A stretch of 64,000 nucleotides of DNA from positions 55,391 through 119,390 of the forward strand of contig NIVC01000196.1 of assembly GCA_002269645.1 (NCBI GenBank). The letters are read 5' to 3'. Below, piece by piece: positions 24,495 to 37,008 of the stretch. The position numbers were made by a program, and so were the translations under genes. The notes below the pieces were generated by a model that was not told the origin of the DNA, ran no database searches, and worked only from the letters and a program-made list of their open reading frames with translations. The stretch is from Macrostomum lignano. Its lineage: Eukaryota. Every line of letters begins with the position of its first letter. The first letter of the stretch is position 1.

Positions 24495-25380
24495 CCAATC
24501 GATGCTGAGAATGGTCCCTAATCAATCCTAAGAATGGTCCCTAATCAATCCTGAGAATGGTCCCTAACCAATCCCGAGAATGGTCCCTAATCAATCCCGA
24601 GAATGGTCCCTAGTAAATCCCAAGAATGGTCCCTAACCAATCCTGAGAATGGTCCCTAATCAATCCTAAGAATGGTCCCTAATCAATCCTGAGAATAGTC
24701 ATTAATCAATCCTGAGAATGGTCCCTAATCAATCCCGAGAATGGTCCGCTAATAAATCCCAAGAATGGTCCCTAACCAATCCTGAGAATGGTCCCTAATC
24801 AATACCCGAGAATGGTCCCTAATCAATCTTGAGAATGGTCCCTAATCAATCCCAAGAATGGTCCCTAACCAATCCTGAGAATGGTCCCTAATCAATCCCC
24901 GAGAATGGTCCCTAACCAATCCCGAGAATGGTCCCTAATCAATACCCGAGAATGGTCCCTAATTAATCCAGAGTATGGTCCCTAATCAATCCCGAGAATG
25001 GTCCCTAATCAATCCCAAGAATGGTCCCTAATAAATCCCAAGAATGGTCCCTAACCAATCCTGAGAATGGTCCCTAATCAATACCCGAAAATGGTCCCTA
25101 ATCAATACCCGAAAATGGTCCCTAAAAAATCCCGAGAATGGTCCCTAACCAATCCTGAGAATGGTCCCTAATCAATCCTGAGAATGGTCCCTAATCAATC
25201 CTGGGAATGGTCCCTAATCAATCCTGGGAATGGTCCATAATCAATCCTGAGAATGGTCCCTAATCAATCCTAGGAATGGTCCCTAATCAATCCTGAGAAT
25301 GGTCCCTAATCAATCCTAGGAATGGTCCCTAATCAATCCTGGGAATGGTCCATAATCAATCCCGAGATGGGTCCCTAACT
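24495..25380. repeat. 23-bp minisatellite, about 38 copies
   Basis: gaatggtccctaatcaatcctga repeated. Confidence 0.95.
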
Positions 25381-27095
25381 GGCCAATAAAATAGCCAGTA
25401 AATTGTGCAGTTAAACTACATGTCTGACATGGCTCTGAAACAAAGACCGTATCTTATCTGCAGACGCATGTCGTGACTTCTTGTTTTCAATTTAGCTTTC
25501 TTTGACTTATTGAATCCTACTTTCTTTATTTCATCGCCTCTTTGAAACAGAATCTGCTTTTTAAAAATGCTTCATTTAGCTCGTTGTTCCCCTCTAAAGC
25601 TGCGTGGCTGGCAATTCAATCCGACTTGAAAAGACTTCCACTTGATCGGATTAGCCAGCAGCCAGATTCTTTCAGCGCTCAGTCAATGCGGAATCAGTGG
25701 CGGGGAGGGGAGCAGAGGGCGAGGCCGTACCTTTCCCCCATTCTCAAAGTCTCTGTCATCTCGCTACATTAGGCTGTGACAGGCCAGCTGCGTGCTGCCG
25801 GAGCCTGGACTGGCTTCATCGTGGGGATTAGCTACTATATTCTTCCCAAACGACCGTTATTTCAGCCATCATTTATCATTGACAGTTATGTATGTGAGTT
25901 TTAGTTAAGCTACTATACCAAGCCTACATGCAGTATTGAACTGATACAATCTGAATAAAAGTGCAACCTACAATCTGCCTTTATCAGCCCCGGTAGTGGC
26001 TTATCAAGGACGCCAGAAAGTTTTGGTTGATAAATTCTTAATGTATATAAAGCCCCGTGGCTGTCTTAGATCTTGTTTTCAAAAACTGAAACTTGGGTCA
26101 ATGTTTTTTCGAGAATTTTTTGTCAGACATAGAGATAAATCCGTCTTGTAACTGTATGTATGGTATTTTTATACGATAAATTAAAGACGGCCTTACGGTT
26201 TTGGCATCTGTTCTGCCGGGCTTAACCGCCTAGGTGAGCACACCAAGTAAAAAGAGTTATGCGCTGGCAGCTTGGAGTATGCCTGTCTAATATGCCTAGG
26301 TGAAACAGAGGTCGCTACTGTTCTGTAGGGCCTCACTCCTCCATTGTCACCTCAGCCTATCAAGCTGGGAAAGTTCAGTAGGCTTTTTTGTTTCCTATTG
26401 CCTCTCTCCCAGCGAGCCAAGTCCTTCAAATGAGTCACACTCACACATCAGGCATTGAGCTTAGCAAAGAGAAAATTATAAAGAGGTGAAAGCAATTTGG
26501 AGTAGATTTTGACACAGACTAGTTTACAATACCTAAATACAGTGTATGCTTATAGTGAATCCAAATACGAGTAGTTCTCTCTGTTGGCATTATATTTTGA
26601 AAGCTTTTAGCTCAGCAACAAATGTAGTGACTTTTTTCTCTGCATTCCTCTCTTCCCTAACGAGATGTTGAAGCAGTTTCGGCTTTTGCGCCCGCGGTGA
26701 TGAAGTAAAATTAGGGAAGCTGAGAGAGAGGATTTTTAGGAGGCTGGAGTGTGTCTACAGCGGGCTGAGGATTTCCATTGCCCCATCAGACGGTGTCAAT
26801 GAATCGCCTCGTTTGTCTCCACCTCCCGCATCTGCGTCTAGGAACCAAATATCTTAGGGGTTGAGGGCTACTTTTCTACGAAAATAGCTCGTCAGTTGGT
26901 CGGCTTAGTTATCCCCGGCCGGGGCCTTGATTGCAGCTGCGCCTTCTCTCGCCGCTGCAGCCACTCCACCTCTGTCTCTGTCAGGGCCCAGCTTAAACTG
27001 GCAACGGTGGCTTTTGGAATTTCTGGGATTAGGCAATAACTGATAAGCTGTCACTAGCGGATAGTGCTTCTGTGTGAAATGCTGGCTTTTGTGGC

Positions 27096-27096
<1 letters not shown>

Positions 27097-27178
<82 letters not shown>

Positions 27179-27248
27179 CACTAAGACAGACAGACCGGAC
27201 AGACAGACAGAGAGACGGGCAGGCAGACAGACAGAAGGACAGACAGAC

Positions 27249-27281
<33 letters not shown>

Positions 27282-27377
27282 GAGACGATCAGGCAGACAG
27301 ACAGACAGAAGACAGAGAGACGGGCAGGCAGACAGACAGACAGACTGACAGACAGACAGACAGGCAGGCAGGCAGGC

Positions 27378-27465
<88 letters not shown>

Positions 27466-27560
27466 CGACAGACAGACAGACAGACAGACAGACTGACAGA
27501 CAGACAGAGAGACGGGCAGGCAGACAGACTGACAGACAGACAGACAGGCAGGCAGACAGA
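27097..27560. repeat. Compound microsatellite (AGAT)~20 followed by (AGAC)n/(AGGC)n
   Basis: Direct reading. Confidence 0.97.
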
Positions 27561-28074
27561 TACGGAATGCCGCACCAAAACTGCATAGGTCAGTTTATCC
27601 AGTGAGCTTAGCGCTATAACGATGATTGAAATAGTGTGCAGTGGGGATTATGGGTCTATTAGTAGGGGGAAGCGAGCGAGAGTGGCGGAGTGAGAGTAAG
27701 TGCGCGTGCTCAGGAATTAATACGATGAGGCCCGGGCCGCAATTCCTGGCTTCAGGAGAGTGAGTTAGATAAGCAAATAGCGGGTGGAGCAGCCATTCTG
27801 TGGAGAGCTTCGCGAATGAAGCGCTCTCGCTCTCCTAACTTTGAACCCTTAATCCCCACTCGTCGAAGCCTTCAATCTCCCTATTATATCTGTATAGCTA
27901 GCGCCAAGAGTAGCGTCCTACATTTTTTCTATATAGCTTGACCTGTGTGCCAACCGCATCCCTTTCCAACTCAATCCTGGGTTAGTTCTATTTATTCACT
28001 TTTTTGGGAGCAAAATGTATATTTTCTATTTGCTTTCCTTTTTGGACTATTTAGACTATTTAGACTACTATTTA

Positions 28075-30234
28075 GGCCAATTTAGATAGTGCTTTAGTTA
28101 CTGGCCAATTTAGACAGTGCTTTAGTTACTGGCCAATTTAGACAGTGCTTCAGTTACTGGCCAATTTAGACAGTGCTTCAGATACTGGCCAATTTAGACA
28201 GTGCTTTAGATACTGGCCAATTTAGACAGTGCTTTAGATACTGGCCAATTTAGACAGTGCTTTAGATACTGGCCAATTTAGACAGTGCTTTAGATACTGG
28301 CCAATTTAGACAGCTGCTTTAGTTGGTGGCCAATTTAGTCAGTGCTTCAGATACTGGCCAATTTAGACAGTGCTTTAGATACTGGCCAATTTAGACAGTG
28401 CTTTAGATACTGGCCAATTTAGACAGTGCTTTAGATACTGGCCAATTTAGACAGTGTTTTAGTTACTGGCCAATTTAGACAGTGTTTTAGTTACTGGCCA
28501 ATCTAGACAGTGCTTTAGTTACTGGCCAATCTAGACAGTGCTTTAGTTACTGGCCAATCTAGACAGTGCTTTAGTTACTGGCCAATTTAGACAGTGCTTT
28601 AGTTACTGGCCAATTTAGACAGTGCTTTAGTTACTGGCCAATTTAGACAGTGCTTTAGCTACTGGCCAATTTAGACAGTGCTTTAGTTACTGGCCAATTT
28701 AGACAGTGCTTCAGATACTGGCCAATTTAGACAGTGCTTTAGTTACTGGCCAATTTAGACAGTGCTTTAGATACTGGCCAATTTAGACAGTGCTTTAGAT
28801 ACTGGCCAATTTAGACAGTGCTTTAGATACTGGCCAATTTAGACAGTGCTTTAGTTACTGGCCAATTTAGACAGTGCTTTAGTTACTGGCCAATTTAGAC
28901 AGTGCTTTAGTTACTGGCCAATCTAGACAGTGCTTTAGATACTGGCCAATTTAGACAGTGCTTTAGTTACTGGCCAATTAAGACAGTGCTTTAGTTACTG
29001 GCCAATTTAGACAGCTGCTTTAGTTGGTGGCCAATTTAGACAGTGCTTCAGATACTGGCCAATTTAGACAGTGCTTTAGTTACTGGCCAATTTAGACAGT
29101 GCTTTAGATACTGGCCAATTTAGACAGTGCTTTAGATACTGGCCAATTTAGACAGTGCTTTAGTTACTGGCCAATTTAGACAGTGCTTTAGATACTGGCC
29201 AATTTAGACAGTGCTTTAGATACTGGCCAATTTAGACAGCTGCTTTAGTTGGTGGCCAATTTAGTCAGTGCTTCAGATACTGGCCAATTTAGACAGTGCT
29301 TTAGATACTGGCCAATTTAGACAGTGCTTTAGATACTGGCCAATTTAGACAGTGCTTTAGATACTGGCCAATTTAGACAGTGTTTTAGTTACTGGCCAAT
29401 TTAGACAGTGTTTTAGTTACTGGCCAATCTAGACAGTGCTTTAGTTACTGGCCAATCTAGACAGTGCTTTAGTTACTGGCCAATCTAGACAGTGCTTTAG
29501 TTACTGGCCAATTTAGACAGTGCTTTAGTTACTGGCCAATTTAGACAGTGCTTTAGTTACTGGCCAATTTAGACAGTGCTTTAGTTACTGGCCAATTTAG
29601 ACAGTGCTTTAGTTACTGGCCAATTTAGACAGTGCTTTAGTTACTGGCCAATCTAGACAGTGCTTTAGATACTGGCCAATTTAGACAGTGCTTTAGTTAC
29701 TGGCCAATTTAGACAGTGCTTTAGTTACTGGCCAATTTAGACAGCTGCTTTAGTTGGTGGCCAATTTAGACAGTGCTTCAGATACTGGCCAATTTAGACA
29801 GTGCTTTAGTTACTGGCCAATTTAGACAGTGCTTTAGTTACTGGCCAATTTAGACAGTGCTTTAGTTACTGGCCAATTTAGACAGTGCTTTAGATACTGG
29901 CCAATTTAGACAGTGCTTCAGATACTGGCCAATTTAGACAGTGCTTTAGTTACTGGCCAATTTAGACAGTGCTTTAGTTACTGGCCAATTTAGACAGTGC
30001 TTTAGTTACTGGCCAATTTAGACAGTGCTTTAGATACTGGCCAATTTAGACAGTGCTTCAGATACTGGCCAATTTAGACAGTGCTTTAGTTACTGGCCAA
30101 TTTAGACAGTGCTTTAGTTACTGGCCAATTTAGACAGTGCTTTAGTTACTGGCCAATTTAGACAGTGCTTTAGCTACTGGCCAATTTAGACAGTGCTTTA
30201 GCTACTGGCCAATTTAGACAGTGCTTTAGTTACT
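28075..30234. repeat. 28-bp satellite, about 77 copies
   Basis: ggccaatttagacagtgctttagttact repeated, with rare 29-bp cagctgctttagttggt variants. Confidence 0.97.
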
Positions 30235-30347
30235 AAGCAATTAACAGGTCAAACTTAGCATTTTAATCTCTAGCAAATTGCAGTGCGGCTCATTCTGTTT
30301 GTCTCTGTCCAAGCCTCCGATCCCCAACCAATCAAAACGCCACTCAG

Positions 30348-30796
30348 GTCCAAGCCGGACAGACTGCCAGCCGACATGCTCGCCGACTCCAGCGCCGGTT
30401 TTCGTCTGACCGTCACGTCGGTGGGCATTCCGGACGCCAAGACTCGCGCCTGTCCAGCTACAAAGACTTCTACAAAAGCTTTGGCGCCGTCGTCTTTGTC
30501 CTCCCCAGCGGCGTCGGCTCCGACTGATAGCGGCGCCGGCGCTGGCGCGAATCTGCTAGGCGCCGATGAAGTGGAACAGCTGCGTCGCTGCACGTTCCGT
30601 CGGGCCGCGCCGCCTCCGATGCCGCCGCACTCCTTGCCAATGTCGGCTATTGATGGCGGCGCGCCCGCAGCCGGGTCGGCGACATCCGCAGCGCTGATGC
30701 CGCTGACTACGTGGTGCCTGCCGGTCGAGGCTCTGTGCGACGGATTGGCGAACTGCCCGGACTCCACAGATGAGCAACCGATCTGCCGGCGGGATG
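30348..30796 (+). CDS. CUB-LDLa-TM receptor, exon 3 (end of CUB + LDL-receptor class A module)
   Basis: Acceptor actcag|G, GFRLTVTS, WCLPVEALCDGLANCPDSTDEQPIC (LDLa CDG..NC.D.SDE..C), donor G|gtgagc; phase 2/1. Confidence 0.85.
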
Positions 30797-30904
30797 GTGA
30801 GCTGAAGTTCATTTTAAATAAGCTACTGCAGAAAGGAAATAAAACCTACTACAATTTCTAGTAGTATATAAGGCGTATAGCTAGCATTTTTATCCGAATT
30901 CCAG

Positions 30905-31689
30905 TATCTTTAATGTCCCGCCTGCTCTCGCTTGGCGTTGCCGCGTCGGTTGCTATGGGCGTAGGCGCAGTCGCTCTGGGCATGGGCTGCGTGCTCGGCC
31001 TCGCCTGCTGCTGCTATCGAGCGCTGAGCTCTGAGCCGCCGCCGAACACTGCCAGCGCCGTCCCCAATGCCGCCATGACAACGCTGCATCATTCGCCTGG
31101 ACAGGCTCAGCATCTTCTGCAACTGCAGCATCAGCAGCGCCTGCTCCTGCCGGCCCGTCAGAGCCCGTCAGTTGGGCTCCGACGCCCGCCGCCAGAAGCG
31201 GCGTCCTACGCGGGGAATTCTTCCCATTATTCGCTGGCGGACAGCAGCGGGGGCGGCAGGTATTATCAGCAGCAGCAGCAGCAGCAGCAAAAGCCACCTG
31301 TCAGCTACCAGCAGCAGCAGCAGCGGGCCTACAACAGCACAGAGCAGCTGTTTGGCTATGGCAACCATGTGTATCAGCAGCAGCAGCATCCGCATAGTCA
31401 CTATCATCAGCATCCGCAGGCCCAGTGCCGCCTGTGCCAGCACCATCCGCCGCCTGCCAGCCATCACGGCGGCTTCAGCGGCGGCGCCGGCGGCAGTCGC
31501 ACCCCGACTAGTTCAAGGAGCGCCAAAAGCGGTCGCAGCGGCCGAAGCTCCTATGGGCCCGGACACCAAATTCGGCCGGTGCCGCCGCCGTCTAGAGCGG
31601 ACTCGGAGACTGGAACCGGCCATCTTCATCACCATCAGCAGCCTGGCAATGGGTCTCGCGATCGCATTGTCTATCCTGTACAGTTGTGA
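30905..31689 (+). CDS. CUB-LDLa-TM receptor, exon 4 (TM helix + Q/H/G-rich cytoplasmic tail)
   Basis: Acceptor ttccag|TA, hydrophobic VAASVAMGVGAVALGMGCVLGLACCCY, ends IVYPVQL*; four exons total 1692 nt = 563 aa. Confidence 0.82.
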
Positions 31690-33216
31690 GCTGGCTAGAA
31701 AATCCATCCGCTTCTTGATCTGAATAGTTTGAGTTTCTTTTCTAAAATGAGCTTTTTTTAAATGTAATTTTATGATTCCGTTTTACGTGCATATCGATTA
31801 TGGATTTGCCGATTGTGAATCTCACCTGTGCGTTTATCATTCACATTAACTGATTATGCGCTACTCCGAACTGCAATTTTTTCAAGTATACTACTTATAC
31901 ATGTACTCTGTGTGCTACTAATGAGTAGCCACATGCGAAAACAACCTAATCAGAGCAATGCAAGCAATAGAGTTTGCTCAGCGCTTTATTTCAATTCTGC
32001 TTTTTATTGAATTCTCTCTACCTGTATTTATTGCATGAACAATGGCAGTTGTTATCTAGGAATTGTTATGCAATTTTACTGCTTTTTTCGTCTTTTCTTC
32101 TCTTCTATATTCTGTACCAAGCGGAGCTCTTTTGTGCTCAAGCCATTTTTATATTTATATATTTGTCTGATGATATTATTGTCTCTGATTTTTATACCGA
32201 AAGCTTGCCTATATCCTTAATCTCTATGCTATATTATTGATGTTATTAACCAGCGAAAATTTCAGAGCTTAAGAAGTCCAATGACGTCACTCAGTTGTGC
32301 CCCAAATGTGCAATTATTGTTACCTGCTCATTTATGATTTATTTATACATTTATCTAAACTCCGCTCTTCAGTGCAAAGCTTGCCTCCCGACTATGCAAT
32401 TCCTTCTATTTCTTACTGTTGTACGCTGGTGTCTTCTATCTACTCATGTTTTAGTAGTAAATGTCGTGACCAACAGTTTCTAATACATTTTAAACAAGCA
32501 TACTTGAAGTTCCTGTCCTGAGTTATTCCTTTGCCGGACTAGCTAAACAGAGAAAAATATCAGTTTATGTTTCTAATAAACTGAAACAACGAGATTACCA
32601 TAAGTTGTATTTTAACTCATTTAAATCCGAATCATAGTACATTGCAACTGTAAATAAGAAGCGACTTCCGCAATAGTGAGTCTTCAGTCATTATAAATGG
32701 AACACGATTCGTTGGCATGCAAATTTGGTAGGTTTCCTAATTTTTGGAAAGCGTTGAATTTCAACAGGGGACGCGATACAACAAAAATATTACAAATTTG
32801 TGAAAAAATTAACAACATCCTACTGATAGTAGAGTACTGTGGAGTGAGTAACTATTTTTGAATCAGTTTTGTAAAAAAAGCAAAATTCACTTGGGGAAAT
32901 CATATCAACTTTAATCAAATACTTACAGTATCGGGCGCTCGGTCAGTAAAAGTGCATTACGATAATTTTGCAATGATTATAATTAATCAGACATTATTGG
33001 CTGGGTTTAACAAGACACTGAGACACTGAAAAAACATTTAACATCAGCCTACTAATAGTAGAAGAGCCAATCGAATGCATGATTTTGAGTCAACGGCAAT
33101 TTGACCGCCTGAAAAAGCCTCAATTAGTTCAACTTAGGATTGGTGGCAGTCCAATGACTTTTCGCTTACCACTTAGTAAACTTGAATCAACAAATCAGTA
33201 ATTAATGAGAATTCAG

Positions 33217-33768
33217 TTATAGCGGCACATGCGAGAACAGATAAGAGACGCTCTCGCCATTATGCGTGCGCCTGATAGCTTCGCCAAGCATCATGCTGAC
33301 GTCGATGCACTGAATCTTGGAACAGTTGCGCATGTTGTTCTCCTGCGAGATTGTATTAGTGACCACTACGGCTTCGAAAATGCTTCGATTAATACGATCG
33401 ATGGCCGCCCCGCTGAGAATGCCGTGCACACAGATGGCGTACACCCTGGAGGCGCCGGCCTCCTGCAGCTTCTCGGCCGCGTGACAAATTGTGCCGCACG
33501 TGTCCGCCATGTCGTCAACTAGGATGGCCACTTTATCCTTCACGTCGCCTACCAGGACCATCCGGTCAACCTCGTTCGCCTTCTTGCGCTCCTTGTGAAT
33601 CAGGGCGAACTCCACTTTGAGCCGTTCGGCTACGGAGGTGACCCGTTTTGCGCCGCCAGCGTCTGGGCTAACGATGACAGAGTCCTGCCAGCCGGCCACG
33701 TTCTCCATGATCCACTTGATCACGGCTGGCTCCGCGTACAGATTGTCCACCGGGATGTCGAAGAAGCC
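33217..33768 (-). CDS. PRPS1: Ribose-phosphate pyrophosphokinase, exon 3
   Basis: Acceptor cacag|GGC; [14 protein letters not shown]...[11 protein letters not shown]...[12 protein letters not shown]...[11 protein letters not shown]. Confidence 0.95.
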   Translation of the reverse strand, partial: GFFDIPVDNLYAEPAVIKWIMENVAGWQDSVIVSPDAGGAKRVTSVAERLKVEFALIHKERKKANEVDRMVLVGDVKDKVAILVDDMADTCGTICHAAEKLQEAGASRVYAICVHGILSGAAIDRINRSIFEAVVVTNTISQENNMRNCSKIQCIDVSMMLGEAIRRTHNGESVSYLFSHVPL

Positions 33769-33789
33769 CTGTGGTGGGGGTGGCAGTAG

Positions 33790-34172
33790 GGCACCGTGAA
33801 TGGGTGTGGGGTATCTCCAGCACCGTGAATGGGTGTGGGGTAGCGGGGTATCTCCAGCACCGTGAATGGGTGTGGGGTAGCGGGGTATCTCCAGCGCCGT
33901 GAATGGGTGTGGGGTAGCGGGGTATCTCCAGCACCGTGAATGGGTGTGGGGTAGCGGGGTATCTCCAGCACCGTGAATGGGTGTGGGGTAGCGGGGTATC
34001 TCCAGCACCGTGAATGGGTGTGGGGTAGCGGGGTATTTCCAGTCACCGACGCCACCGTGAATGGGTGTGGGGTAGCGGGGTATTTCCAGTCACCGACGCC
34101 ACCGTGAATGGGTGTGGGGTAGCGGGGTATTTCCAGTCACCGACGCCACCGTGAATGGGTGTGGGGTAGCGG
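33790..34172. repeat. 37-bp (and 47-bp variant) G-rich minisatellite in PRPS intron 2
   Basis: caccgtgaatgggtgtggggtagcggggtatctccag; variant carries an extra tcaccgacgc. Confidence 0.93.
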
Positions 34173-34250
34173 GGCAGTTCAGCCACTGTAAACGGAAGGG
34201 AAGTCGAATGATCACGGACCAACTAAAGCATGGCGAACAGCAGAACTTAC

Positions 34251-34543
34251 CTGTATCTGGGAGGCGTGCAAGTCCATGGTGATAATGTGGTCAGCGCCCG
34301 CTACGCTCAGCATATTGGCCACCAGCTTGGCGGATATTGGGGCCCGGGATTTGTCCTTTTTGTCCTGCCTAGCGTAGGGGAAGCAGGGCATAACGGCGGT
34401 GACGCGGGCGGCCGAGGCGGTCTTGCAGGCGCTGATCATGATGAGCAGCTCCATGAGCATGTCGTTCACCTCGCCGGAGCCAGTCTGGATGATGTAGACA
34501 TCTTCGCCGCGGAGTGACGCGGACAGATTCGCCAATTTCAACA
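34251..34543 (-). CDS. PRPS1: PRPS exon 2; carries a 10-nt frameshifting insertion at 34509-34518
   Basis: Acceptor catgcag|T GTT GAA ATT GGC GAA TCT GTC CGC [gtcactccgc] GGC GAA GAT: VEIGESVR and GEDVY...MDLHASQIQ are in different frames; donor CAG|gtaagt. Confidence 0.9.
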
Positions 34544-35560
34544 CTGCATGTGCATATTGGTTGATACAGGATATAAAAATGCAAGTTAAATGTAGTACTT
34601 CAACTGTACATTTCTATAGGGTAAGAATTTCCATTTTGCTCATTCATTTTGAGGCATCTAGCAGTGGGGAATGATGTTATTCACTACTATTTACTAGTAT
34701 ATATTGCATTTCTATAGTTTACAATTGAAATTGGAGAAAAATGGCTCACTAGCTTAGGGTGGATACTTATCAATGTCTACCAGTGTAAGCTATAGTTGAT
34801 TAGTTTCATGAGTTTTTGTATAGTTAATGATTTGGTATGATATACTATAGCCTAAATGAGTGAAGATAGCCTAGATGATTGTATATACGCTTATATTGTG
34901 TATACACTTAGCATCATTTATTATATGATAGAGATTTCTAGTACACATTTGTGATAGCCAATAGTACATAATTTTTAAACCCTATAGTATATCGGTTGGT
35001 ATTTAATAGAAAGTTGAAATATAGCATGCATGGCATATATTTATTCTAGATCTAGAGTCCATCATGCTACTATAGTTCATAAAAGCACAAAAATCATACT
35101 AACTATATAAATTTTTGTATTACCCTTTTAAAAATTCAATAAGAAAAATCATGTAATATAATATGATATTCCAAAAGTAATTAACCCCCTCAGCCTCATA
35201 CTAACCTCAGCCTTGTATGCGTTGTACTACAGAAGCTAGGCTTCATGTTCTACCTGATAGATTCTTTTAAATATTTGACTCAGAGCCCAAACTCTACATA
35301 GCTACTTGACATATATACATGTACAAGCTGTTGAAACCCGCGGATTTTGAACCCGGGGAATTCCAATCCCCGGAACTACTTCTGCATGTATTCTGAAATC
35401 TAAGGCCATACACAAACAAATTAATAGTTAGTAGGATAGAGGTAGACATAAAATGGAGCACATTCGTGTAAAATTAGGTTTTGAGGCAAACGTTGATATT
35501 GTTTGCTGGAATGCTGGGGTACTCCACAGAATGCCAAGCAATGTCTGTCTGACTCTAAAA

Positions 35561-36108
35561 CATGTATTGGCAAACTCTGGCCTCTCCCTGACTCTCCCTA
35601 GGATCCTTTAAAATTTCTATCGACTCTTCTGTTTCCTTTCTTCTCTCTCATCCCTCGTCTCTCGTCTCTCCTCTCTCTTCTCCTCTCTTCTTTCGTATCT
35701 TCCCTCATCTCTCTTCTCTTTCATCTCTCTTATCTGATCTCTTCCCTATTCTTTTCTCTCTCCTCTCCCCTCTCCTTTCTACTTTTCGTTTTCTCTCTGC
35801 TCTCCTCTCTACTCTTTCGTTTTCTCTCTCTCCTCTCCTATCTCTTCTCTCCCCCTCTTCTCTCGTCTCTTCCTTCTCCTCTCTATTCTTTTCTCTCTTC
35901 TCTTAACTCTCTCCTCTACTCTCTCATCTCTCTTCTCTACTCTTTCCTCTCTCTCTCTCCTCTCATCTCTTTTCTTGTTTTATCTCTTCTCTCTCCCCTC
36001 GTCGCTCGTCTCTTCCCTCACCTCTCTTCTCTCTCGTCCGCTCTTTCATCTCTCCTTTCTCTTCTTTTATATTTTCTCTCTTATCTCTTCTCGTTTCTCT
36101 CTGCTCTG

Positions 36109-36167
<59 letters not shown>

Positions 36168-36984
36168 CCAATCTCTCTTCTCCTCTCTACTCTCTCCCCT
36201 CTTCATTCTCCTGTTTCCTCTTCTCTCTCCCTGTCTCTCCTCTCTCCTCTAGTCTCTGTAATCTCTTCTCTCTTATCTCTCCTCTGTTCTCTCCACTCTC
36301 TCCCATCTCTCGTCTGTTCATCTGCTCTCTCATCTGTCATCTTTACTCTCTTATACGTTCTCTCACTTATCTCCTCTGTACTCTTCTCTTTCACCTCTTC
36401 TCACTCCTCTCTTTCCTTACTCCTCTCTTCTTTTCTTTTCCCTTTCTATACTCTCTCTCCTCTATTATCTTCTCTCGTCTCTCTGCACTCTCCTCTCACC
36501 TTTTTCATCTCTCATCTCTTCTTTGATATGTCTCATCTCTACAATCTCATCTCTTTCCTCTCTCCTCCTCTTCCCTTTACTCTCTCATCTCTCCTTTCTC
36601 CCCTCTTCTTTCACCACTCTCTTATCTTTATCTCTTCTCTTCTCACTTCTCTCTCCCCCTCTTATCTCCTCTCTTCTCTATCCTTTCTACTCTCTCCTCT
36701 CTAATCTCTCCTCTCCTTTTGACCCTCTGTCATCTTCTTTCTGCTCTCTCATCTCTACTCTCTTCTCAATCTTCTCTACTCTCCTCTCTCATCGATCCTC
36801 TGTCTCATCTCTCCCCTCTTCTCACCTTTACTCTTTCCTCTCCTTCCTTTCTCCCCTCCTCTCGCTTCTTCCTCCCTTCTTCTCTGCTCTCTCCTCACCA
36901 CTTTTCCTTTTCACTCTCATCTGGCCCGCAGCCATGAGCTGGATTCTTTATCTGGCCTTTGAGATAAAAATCTGCCAATCCCTG
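35561..36984. mobile_element. hAT-type MITE with a ~1.3-kb CT-rich cryptic-simple interior
   Basis: Ends catgtattggcaaa / tctgccaatccctg (11/14 inverted); 36920-36970 near-identical to 9234-9285; CT block about 35620-36915. Confidence 0.6.
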
Positions 36985-37008
36985 CTTCGAAAGTACTATC
37001 ATGGGGAC

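Noticed and set aside
26550-27030. Possible non-LTR retrotransposon 3' end on the minus strand
   Set aside because: Only vague resemblance; no intact CCHC or RT motifs
27029-27586. LSVC/LSIY-repeat ORFs
   Set aside because: Translations of (AGAT)n/(AGAC)n microsatellites
1-30234. Regular 22-50-bp arrays as CRISPR arrays
   Set aside because: Units are head-to-tail with no unique spacers, there are no cas genes, and the context is eukaryotic introns
34509-34518. The PRPS insertion as a micro-intron, or as a copy of the 10-nt insert in the 47-bp intron-2 repeat variant
   Set aside because: Starts GT but does not end AG and is far too short; similarity to tcaccgacgc is only 5 nt
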